Positions 57,143 through 64,000 of a DNA stretch of 64,000 nucleotides are shown here, piece after piece (position 1 is the first letter of the stretch; every line of letters begins with the position of its first letter). The notes under the pieces were generated by a model. It was not told the DNA's origin, searched no databases, and saw only the letters and a list, made by a program, of their open reading frames with translations. Where the stretch lies: IMG/VR virus record IMGVR_UViG_3300042564_002819, positions 266,025 through 330,024 of that record. One strand, given 5' to 3'. The translations under genes and the position numbers were made by a program.

Positions 57143-57556
57143 ATGGCTAAAACGTTCAACTGTTTAAATTGTAGTAAAGAAAGTAAATGGAGTTATAGCA
57201 GCACTAACAAGTATTGCAGCGGCGATTGCTTTCAAGAACACAAATGGAAAACTGTAAAAAAACTTGAAGTAGAAGCAGGGTTAGTCAATGACGGAAGCCC
57301 TGCGTTAAAAAAATACCTTGTTGAAACAAAAGGTGAATGCTGTGAAGAGTGCAAAGTTGGCACTGTTTACAACGGAAAGCCATTAACACTAACTGTTGAT
57401 CATATTGATGGTAATAGTGATAATAACTTTCCAGGCAACCTTAGACTTTTATGTCCTAATTGTCACAGTCAAACTGAAACATACAAAGGACGAAACAAAA
57501 AGAATAGTGCTCGTTCTCGATATATGAGAAAGTATAGAGATAATTTGCGGAATTAG
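57143..57556 (+). CDS. HNH homing endonuclease
   Basis: CEEC...LTVDHIDGNSDNN..NLRLLCPNCHSQT; SD AGGAGA. Confidence 0.92.
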   Translation: MAKTFNCLNCSKESKWSYSSTNKYCSGDCFQEHKWKTVKKLEVEAGLVNDGSPALKKYLVETKGECCEECKVGTVYNGKPLTLTVDHIDGNSDNNFPGNLRLLCPNCHSQTETYKGRNKKNSARSRYMRKYRDNLRN

Positions 57557-57621
57557 CTCAGTGGTAGAGCAGGGGTTTTACACACCTCAGGCCGGGAGTT
57601 CGACCCTCTCATTCCGCACCA
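57547..57621 (+). tRNA. tRNA-Val(TAC)
   Basis: GGGGT-TTTACAC-ACCTC; CCA. Confidence 0.9.
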
Positions 57622-57732
57622 AGTTTAGACTGGATATAATCACCCCTTGTGAGGGTGGCCCAAGGACTCAGTAACGAGATACAGCGAAGGGTTGTTGGTC
57701 AAGGCTGCAAACAGCCCAGTCTAAAGCAATAC

Positions 57733-57821
57733 GGACACTTGGCAGAGATGGATTATTGCACCGGTCTTGAAAACCGACGAACCGCAAGGTTCCCAGGGTT
57801 CGAATCCCTGAGTGTCCGCCA
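57733..57821 (+). tRNA. tRNA-Ser(TGA)
   Basis: CGGT-CTTGAAA-ACCG; long arm; CCA. Confidence 0.92.
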
Positions 57822-57897
57822 TAAGCACACTAGCATCAGGCTAGTCCAGACCGTAAGGTTAACGGTGACAAGCGGGGAGAGACCCGCACAAAAATAC

Positions 57898-57974
57898 GGC
57901 CTGTTAGTCGAGTGGTTTAAGATGCCTGCCTGTCACGCAGGAGATGATGGGTTCAATTCCCATACAGGTCGCCA
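57898..57974 (+). tRNA. tRNA-Asp(GTC)
   Basis: CCTGC-CTGTCAC-GCAGG; CCA. Confidence 0.93.
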
Positions 57975-58126
57975 AATTGAAAGGAAGGCTCATAGTTTAC
58001 GTTTAGCCCGTTACGACGGTTTGGGCGGAAAATGGTTGAGTCACGGCACGGGCGGGTCGGGGGCTGCGTGACGGCATTGAACTATGAAGCAGTTGTCGGT
58101 CTGCGTTAACAAACACCGTCAAAATT

Positions 58127-58200
58127 GCGGGTATGGTGTAGCGGTAACATGCGAGCCTTCCAAGCTCTTGTCACGAGTTCGAATCTCGTTACCCGCTCCA
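58127..58200 (+). tRNA. tRNA-Gly(TCC)
   Basis: GAGC-CTTCCAA-GCTC; U73; CCA. Confidence 0.93.
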
Positions 58201-58225
58201 ATTTATCCGTATGTGAGAGGACAAT

Positions 58226-58492
58226 ATGAAAACAGAAGATGAAAAGAGAGAATTTTACGAGCGTTGCTCCTCTATGTTAGGAATAGCTCACGTTTACAAC
58301 ACGCCAGTTCCACGACGCAATAGATGGAACGCAAGACGACTGGGCAACGGACGTTATCCAGGATTTGGACTAATACAGTGCTACGGAAACGGAGCAAGAG
58401 TAGTTAGTCGACAAGGAACACGTATGTTTTATACATACGAAGCAGTTTATGAATATTTGCAGATTGTGCTTGACGCAACTGCAAAAGCGTAG
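58226..58492 (+). CDS. Hypothetical protein
   Basis: SD GAGG; RWNARRLGNGRYPGFG. Confidence 0.7.
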   Translation: MKTEDEKREFYERCSSMLGIAHVYNTPVPRRNRWNARRLGNGRYPGFGLIQCYGNGARVVSRQGTRMFYTYEAVYEYLQIVLDATAKA

Positions 58493-58507
58493 TATAAAAA
58501 CTATAAC

Positions 58508-58583
58508 GCCCTTATAGCTCAGCTGGTAGAGCATCTGATTTGTAATCAGAGGGTCGGCGGTTCAAGTCCGTCTGGGGGCACCA
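58508..58583 (+). tRNA. tRNA-Thr(TGT)
   Basis: TCTGA-TTTGTAA-TCAGA; CCA. Confidence 0.94.
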
Positions 58584-58590
58584 AAATTAT

Positions 58591-58666
58591 GTCGCGTTAG
58601 CAAAAGGTTAATGCGTGTCCTGTGCAAAGGACAAGGACGGTGGTTAAACTCCCCGACGCGACTCCA
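58591..58666 (+). tRNA. Atypical tRNA, Cys(GCA)-like, 8-nt anticodon loop
   Basis: GTCGCGT/ACGCGAC, U73, CCA; TGTCC-TGTGCAAA-GGACA; bulged T-stem. Confidence 0.55.
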
Positions 58667-58672
58667 AATAAT

Positions 58673-58754
58673 GCGGATGTGGTGTAATGGTAGCCACGCT
58701 GGTCTTAGAAGCCAGTGCGTAAGCGTGAGAGTTCGAGTCTCTCCATCCGCACCA
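58673..58754 (+). tRNA. tRNA-Leu(TAG)
   Basis: CTGGT-CTTAGAA-GCCAG; CCA. Confidence 0.92.
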
Positions 58755-58798
58755 AAATATTTCTTATCTTAAAAAGTTTTAAATTTAGAAAGATTAAC

Positions 58799-59242
58799 AT
58801 GCAATTTTATGAAAAAGTAACTTTTTTACCAAGCATTCCAGAAGGTTTAATAAAACCTTTAGATATAATCGAATCGATGCCGAATGTTTTTCCAGATCCG
58901 GATTACGCTCATACTTATGCCAGCTATAAGGCAAATGACGATTTACAAGCTTGGGCACAAAGTTATTTTGACTTTCCTGTACTTGCAAGATATCAGGTAA
59001 TTAAACAACAATTGCCTATTCATGTTGACGTTGGAATTGTAGGAATAAAATATAACTACCTTATTAGCAGGGGTGGTGACGATGTAAAAACAAGATGGTG
59101 GGATAGTGTAGAAAATCCTTCAAAAATACTTTTTGAAACTACTTCGCCATTACGTGTGTGGCACAGCTTAAACATCGAAGTGCCACACGATATAACAGAA
59201 ATTAGTTATCCTAGAATTAGTGTAACTATAAGAAAAAAATAG
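58799..59242 (+). CDS. Hypothetical protein, possibly cupin/2OG-Fe(II)-like
   Basis: PIHVD...PHDI...RISVT; ATG after the tRNA. Confidence 0.55.
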   Translation: MQFYEKVTFLPSIPEGLIKPLDIIESMPNVFPDPDYAHTYASYKANDDLQAWAQSYFDFPVLARYQVIKQQLPIHVDVGIVGIKYNYLISRGGDDVKTRWWDSVENPSKILFETTSPLRVWHSLNIEVPHDITEISYPRISVTIRKK

Positions 59243-59270
59243 TAATAACTTTTTTAAAGAAAAATACTGT

Positions 59271-59346
59271 TGGGAAGTAGCTCAATTGGTAGAGTAGCGG
59301 ACTTTGAATCCGTTGGTTGGTGGTTCGAATCCACCCTTCCCAGCCA
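59271..59346 (+). tRNA. tRNA-Gln(TTG)
   Basis: GCGGA-CTTTGAA-TCCGT; U1-A72; CCA. Confidence 0.93.
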
Positions 59347-59352
59347 AGATAT

Positions 59353-59429
59353 CGGAGTATAGCACAGCCTGGTAGTGCGATGGTTTTGGGTACCATAGGT
59401 CGAGGGTTCGAATCCTTCTACTCCGACCA
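59353..59429 (+). tRNA. tRNA-Pro(TGG)
   Basis: ATGGT-TTTGGGT-ACCAT; CCA. Confidence 0.92.
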
Positions 59430-59646
59430 CGATTAAACTGTTGATCTAACCTCGGACTCGAACAAATAGCCATAGGCTTAGGCAGGTAGTACGGCGGATT
59501 AGTGTTAGACAACATTCGGACCAAGTAATCCGTGAGGTCCAGCTATTAGTGATGGCGGGGACGAACAAGCGGCTGATTTGGTATCAGTCGTGAGGCGGTA
59601 AGCTGCACCATAGGTGTCGTAGGCCGGGACTTGTTCAATTTATTAT

Positions 59647-59724
59647 CTGGGTATAGCTCAGTCTGTGAAGAGTGCTCGCCTTGGAAGCGAGAGGTCGCTG
59701 GTTCAAATCCAGTTACCCAGACCA
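59647..59724 (+). tRNA. tRNA-Pro(TGG), second copy
   Basis: CTCGC-CTTGGAA-GCGAG; CCA. Confidence 0.88.
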
Positions 59725-59731
59725 AAATAAC

Positions 59732-59806
59732 GCGGTGTTGGACAAGATGGATTGTCAGAGGATTCTAAACCTTAGTAGGCAGGATCGTTACCTGTACGCC
59801 GCACCA
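59732..59806 (+). tRNA. Atypical tRNA with CTA (amber-suppressor) anticodon
   Basis: GCGGTGT/ACGCCGC, A73, CCA; D-stem GACA/TGTC; TT-CTA-AA at canonical 32-38; T-loop ATCGTTA. Confidence 0.6.
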
Positions 59807-59889
59807 ATACACACATATGATGCCGTAGCCCGACGCTGGTATGTGTGAAACCTAAATATCGGGCATGTAATTTAATAAAGGAAAGAAAA

Positions 59890-60456
59890 ATGTCGTAGAT
59901 TGAATATGCTTGTAAAGATGTGGTGTTCCACTTTAACAAAAAACACTTGGAAGATGAAACTATTCCGATGTGGGTGATTAAGTTTCGAGGCGAAACCTAT
60001 TATGTAAATCATGTCGAATGTAGTGTTCCGTGGAGTACAAAAGAAACGCCTGATAACAATCACACTAAAGGCAGTATCAAAGTCAAGGATTGTTTAGTTA
60101 TTATTGATGATGAGAACTGTGCTAACATTCGTGTGTTAACTCCAGCAGATCGTTTGCGTCTTACTAAAGAACAAACTGTAAGAGTTATTACCGAGCAAGG
60201 AGCAAAACTGCGTACTGCACTACAGAACATGGCACATGGTCCGATTAAGTTAGCAGGTGGAGGATGTGGCACTACTTGGTATATCACAGATATTCCCAGT
60301 AAGAAACATTTAACAATACTACAACTACAGATTCCTTATATTAGGCAATTGATGCCCAATGAGGATTATTACAAGAAATATGATCAAACATCTTCAGATA
60401 CTGAATGGTTAGATGATGATGACGACTACGAGTGGGAAGACCTTTATGAAAATTGA
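59890..60456 (+). CDS. Hypothetical protein; probable true start 59890 with in-frame TAG at codon 3
   Basis: SD AAGGA; ATG TCG TAG ATT GAA TAT GCT TGT AAA GAT GTG, in frame with track ORF 59920-60456. Confidence 0.65.
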
Positions 60457-60625
60457 AGTGCCTCACTCGTTACTAAAAGAAGTCTGTGCTACAATTCGTC
60501 AATTCAAATTAAGGCACGGGCCATTCTACAAACTGTTAAATAGCTATAGGATATATTTGTATCCAAGTAGTAAATTAAGTTTGTTTTTGATTAAACATTC
60601 TAGCACTGTTACAGTGCTAGAATAA
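60446..60625 (+). CDS. Small hypothetical protein
   Basis: ORF overlapping the upstream stop. Confidence 0.45.
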   Translation: MKIEVPHSLLKEVCATIRQFKLRHGPFYKLLNSYRIYLYPSSKLSLFLIKHSSTVTVLE

Positions 60626-60626
60626 T

Positions 60627-60701
60627 GCGGGCGTAGCTCAGGGGTAGAGCGTCACCTTGCCAAGGTGAATGTCGTGGGTTCGAATCCCATCGCCCGCTCC
60701 A
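60627..60701 (+). tRNA. tRNA-Gly(GCC)
   Basis: TCACC-TTGCCAA-GGTGA; CCA. Confidence 0.95.
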
Positions 60702-60719
60702 ATTGTTGAAAGATATTGT

Positions 60720-61301
60720 ATGAGTAAAATAGAGCACTTTTATCATCTTCCGCACTTCGAAGAAGAATGGTTTACATATTCGGCTTTATATTCTGATATG
60801 GTAGCTAAATTTCCATCCGGAAGTAAGTTTGTTGAAGTCGGTTGTTGGAAGGGAAGATCTGCTGCTTATATGTGTGTAGAAATTGCTAATTCAAAAAAAG
60901 ACATTGATTTTTATTGTGTTGACTTTTGGCATGTATCAGCAGAGCATGAAATAGAAGAACCCCATCTAAAAAATTTGTATGAAATTTTTCTTTCTAATAT
61001 GAAACCAGTTGAAGCTTTTTATAAGCCAATGAAAATACCGTCGTCTGATGCTGCAAAAAAATTTAAAGACGAAAGTTTAGATTTTGTTTTTATTGATGCT
61101 GGACATCAATACGATGAAGTAAAAGATGATATTCTTGCATGGTATCCAAAAATTAAAAAAGGTGGCATACTAGCAGGACATGATTTTTATCCAACTGAGC
61201 CAACTTGGGGAGATGTTTCTAAAGTAGTAAACGAACTTTTTCCAAATAATTATGAAGTTTTAATAGAACAAAGTTGCTTTCTAGTAAATAAGCCGGTATA
61301 G
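60720..61301 (+). CDS. Class I SAM methyltransferase (Methyltransf_24-like)
   Basis: FVEVGCWKGRS, DFVFIDAGHQY, GGILAGHD. Confidence 0.88.
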   Translation: MSKIEHFYHLPHFEEEWFTYSALYSDMVAKFPSGSKFVEVGCWKGRSAAYMCVEIANSKKDIDFYCVDFWHVSAEHEIEEPHLKNLYEIFLSNMKPVEAFYKPMKIPSSDAAKKFKDESLDFVFIDAGHQYDEVKDDILAWYPKIKKGGILAGHDFYPTEPTWGDVSKVVNELFPNNYEVLIEQSCFLVNKPV

Positions 61302-61365
61302 CTGAGTGGTTTAGCAGCTGATTAGTAATCAGCTGACGGGAGTTCGATTCTCTCTACCGGCACCA
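61292..61365 (+). tRNA. tRNA-Thr(AGT), unusual A34
   Basis: GCTGA-TTAGTAA-TCAGC; GCCGGTA/TACCGGC; CCA. Confidence 0.88.
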
Positions 61366-61400
61366 AATCTAAATTTTTTATTAATTAATAGGTATCCAAG

Positions 61401-62156
61401 TTGAAAATAGTCGACGAAAGAAAAGATCCAAATTTTGGAACAGTAATGAATTTTGAACATATTAGTTTGCCTCCTCAAGGGTATAACGGTAAACTGTTTT
61501 TAGATTTTTCTAAGTATGCTAATTTTGATTTTGAAAAAATGGATACAGAAATATGTTTAGCATTATCAAAAATTGATTTAAATAAATATCCTATTGTTTC
61601 GGGGGTTATGCCTCCAAAATTAAAATACGGAATATTTGAAAATGAAGTAATGTACAACTTTACTGGAGATAGAGAAAATTTAAAAAATCTTTCTCCAATG
61701 GAGATGCGTAAATTTTTGTTTTTTAAACACAAAACTCTTTTACCTTGGTTCTTTGTTGTAGACTTAAAACCGAGTCTCTTTTTTGAAAGATCGGAAGATA
61801 AACATCCGTGGAGCGAAGTTAGTAAACTTACTCCATATACAAGACAGTGCATTGAGAGTCTTCCTTTCAAATCAATAGGCAGAGTAGTTATATATGGATC
61901 TTGGCCACAAGCTGAAGTACCATGCCACAGAGATTGGATACCCGACGGTGTTTTCCATCATCATATAAATCTTAATCCTGGTGGATACAGACCAGTCTAC
62001 ATTTATGATCCTGAAACAGATACAAAGAATTATTTACCGGAAAGCTATAAGTTGTATGCTTATCAAACAACCGATTACCACGGCGTAGATGCTCTTACGC
62101 ATTTTAGTTATACAATACGCATAGACGGAATTTATAATGACGACGTAGAATTGTAA
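61401..62156 (+). CDS. Putative 2OG-Fe(II) oxygenase-like protein
   Basis: IGRVVIY...VPCHRD...DYHGVD...IRIDG. Confidence 0.55.
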   Translation: MKIVDERKDPNFGTVMNFEHISLPPQGYNGKLFLDFSKYANFDFEKMDTEICLALSKIDLNKYPIVSGVMPPKLKYGIFENEVMYNFTGDRENLKNLSPMEMRKFLFFKHKTLLPWFFVVDLKPSLFFERSEDKHPWSEVSKLTPYTRQCIESLPFKSIGRVVIYGSWPQAEVPCHRDWIPDGVFHHHINLNPGGYRPVYIYDPETDTKNYLPESYKLYAYQTTDYHGVDALTHFSYTIRIDGIYNDDVEL

Positions 62157-62230
62157 TTTACAAATTTGAAAACGTTAAAAAACGATAATATAAATACTGT
62201 AAATTATTAACAAATAGTGAAATATATAAA

Positions 62231-62992
62231 ATGAATTATCACATAAAAAACTTTATTATCCCTATACATGTCTTATTTTTAGTATCACTAATTGGTATGT
62301 ATTTAAATATAATCGATTTTCATATTTGGTTATTTTTAATAGGGTGGACTTTGATCTATGGGCTAGGTCTTGTTGTAGGATTTCATAAATTGTTATCCCA
62401 TAGCTCTTTTAAAACAAACAAATACATATCTTATGTGTTAGCTTACTTAGGATGCTTAGGAATTAGCGGATCACCTATATGGTGGGCTGCTATACATAGA
62501 GGACATCATCATGCTCATACTGAGACTGAAAAAGACCTTCAAAGTCCACGTCGTGGATGGCTTACATCTTACATAGGTTGGCAGTTTGGTGAAGAAACAA
62601 GTAAAATAAGTTTAAAGTATGCATCTGATTTAATAAAAGATCCTTTTTATCTTTTTTTACACAAGAATTATAGATTAGTTGTTTGGAGTACAGTGATTAT
62701 TGTTGGTATGTTGTCACCATCTGTTGCAGTTTCATTATTAATATTTCCGATGATTGCAGCACACCATGGAGAAAATATTACCAATTCATTTGGTCATAGC
62801 AGGTTTGCTGGTTACAGAAATTTTAATACCAACGACGACACTATAAATAACCCATTGTTAGCATTTATAACTTGGGGTCAGCTTTTGCATAACAATCATC
62901 ATGCTAAGCCAAATAACGATAGTTTTGCCATTAAATGGTTTGAATTTGATCCAACTTCTCCTTTTGTATGGATTTTAAAAAAACTAAAATAG
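62231..62992 (+). CDS. Fatty-acid (delta-9-type) desaturase
   Basis: His boxes GFHKLLSH, HRGHHHAH, LHNNHH; TM helices. Confidence 0.92.
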   Translation: MNYHIKNFIIPIHVLFLVSLIGMYLNIIDFHIWLFLIGWTLIYGLGLVVGFHKLLSHSSFKTNKYISYVLAYLGCLGISGSPIWWAAIHRGHHHAHTETEKDLQSPRRGWLTSYIGWQFGEETSKISLKYASDLIKDPFYLFLHKNYRLVVWSTVIIVGMLSPSVAVSLLIFPMIAAHHGENITNSFGHSRFAGYRNFNTNDDTINNPLLAFITWGQLLHNNHHAKPNNDSFAIKWFEFDPTSPFVWILKKLK

Positions 62993-63049
62993 TTACAATA
63001 TAAACATTTTTCTGTAACAGAAAAAAAATAAAAAAGTTGAAAAAAGTGG

Positions 63050-63127
63050 TTGACCTTTGAGGCAACATGCACTATATTAACTACATAAGCAGCAAATGTG
63101 TTGCTTACACGCTCTTTGAAAATTTAG
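63050..63127 (+). promoter_or_regulatory. sigma70 promoter, hairpin and boxA-like site
   Basis: TTGACC-17-TATATT; TAAGCAGCA-AATG-TGTTGCTTA; GCTCTTTGAAAATTTAG. Confidence 0.7.
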
Positions 63128-63249
63128 TAACTTAACTGCAATAATCAACAGTTTAGCGAAAGGCTAAAGATTGTGGTTGTGCTGAGTAATTAACAGTTTA
63201 AATCAGCAAGTGATGCGTGATTAGGTAAACTGTTGTTTATTGCAGTTTT

Positions 63250-64000
63250 TAAGATGGGCGGCTTAGCGTCCACGTAAGGGTAAGTGCGGTAACGCACCCA
63301 AAGGCAGGTTTCCTATAAACTGCCGCCAGCAATGGTCCACCTAAGCAAGCCTGAACTAAGGTTGACTCGGTTTAACCCGAAAGCAACCTCCGTCCTTAGG
63401 CGGGCGGTAGGCAGTAAGTTAGAGTTGTAGTCCGAAAGGATAGGCACAGAGCCGGTCGGTGAGTGCTAAGAGGCTGTGGTGGCTGAACTGCAACATACCA
63501 AACTAACGAATGCTGAAGGTTAACAGGTAGCTACACTGTCTGAGCCCGCAAGCAAAGGCATGGTAGCATCACAAGAGTGGAAGGGTTAGGCCCCGGATAC
63601 TTGAAGTGACGTTGAGTAGCTCGCAAGGCAAAAGACAGTCGGTGTGTTGTATACTGTATCTAACAAGGTATGGTGCAACTGGGACAGCACATCGAAGTAG
63701 GTTCGCAATATTGCATAACGGTAATGCAATCGTCTTATGAAACGATGGATTGTAGGTTCAACTCCTACTATTGAAACAAAAGCGAAAGACTGTCCCGGTA
63801 CGTTGTGAAAGGTGGTTAATGCCACACTCGCAAGAGAATGTGGTCTACGGATGCTCGCAAGGCTGATGTAGTTGTTCGGAAAGATAGCGTAAGGGTTTAG
63901 CGACTCTGAACTGCTCGCAAGGCAGACGAAGGATAGAAGGACGAGTAGCAACGTGCGACGAGAGAAACGCCACTCTCCAAAAAAGGCACCACTGGGAGAT
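63250..64000 (+). ncRNA. GOLLD-like giant ncRNA (probably truncated by window end)
   Basis: No credible ORF; many GNRA hairpins; GAGTAGCTCGCAAGGCAAAAG, GGTGTGTTGTA...GCAGCACATC-like and AAAGCGAAAGACTGTC blocks resemble GOLLD as recalled; next to tRNA array. Confidence 0.7.

Noticed and set aside
56693-58071. Track ORFs 56693, 56834 and 57649
   Set aside because: They overlap tRNA genes and structured RNA.
59353-59429. tRNA-Pro(GGG) reading
   Set aside because: The stem register ATGGT/ACCAT gives loop TT-TGG-GT, so the anticodon is TGG.
63586-63951. 121-aa minus-strand ORF
   Set aside because: Antisense to the GOLLD-like RNA; no SD or protein motif.
1-64000. Genome-wide TAG or TGA recoding
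   Set aside because: Known proteins are full length in the standard code and several end in TAG or TGA; only one credible internal TAG (59896) was seen.
1-64000. CRISPR array, rRNA, integrase or IS element
   Set aside because: No regularly spaced direct repeats, rRNA motifs or transposase motifs were seen.

Overview
64 kb of an AT-rich, gene-dense, mostly +-strand large myovirus-like (jumbo/T4-superfamily) phage genome. An alphaproteobacterial host is likely, from a tRNA-His lacking G-1 with U72/A73, an RpoD-1.1-like domain and hemO plus a bilin reductase. Protein genes include bS21, GuaC, Hsp20, ClpS, heme oxygenase and bilin reductase, a curli-secretion/FecR/CHASE2-cyclase module, ornithine decarboxylase, IF1, TilS, TK, rIIA/B, an RNA-repair kit, an ART-like/KOW/sigma-1.1 fusion next to an ADP-ribosylhydrolase, and NAD salvage (NadM-Nudix, NadV). 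There are about 27 canonical tRNA genes, mostly in two arrays, several tRNA-like and other structured RNAs, and a GOLLD-like giant RNA running off the right end. The headline observation is that each tRNA array is preceded by a 30-codon leader peptide, an antiterminator and an intrinsic terminator (a classical attenuator layout). The codons of each leader match the tRNAs of its own array: M/K/Y/E/H/F/I/R/C versus N/L/T/S/A/V/W/G/Q/P/D. This suggests a ribosome-based sensor that switches on phage tRNA supply when those host tRNAs are depleted. Other strong candidates are a CUA (amber) tRNA-like gene directly upstream of a gene with an in-frame TAG at codon 3, rrn-like boxA leaders, and a TacA/DUF1778-like mini-antitoxin inside a tRNA array. 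All calls are by eye; no searches or folding programs were run. Three ORFs at 12008-12983 labelled + in the supplied track are on the - strand.
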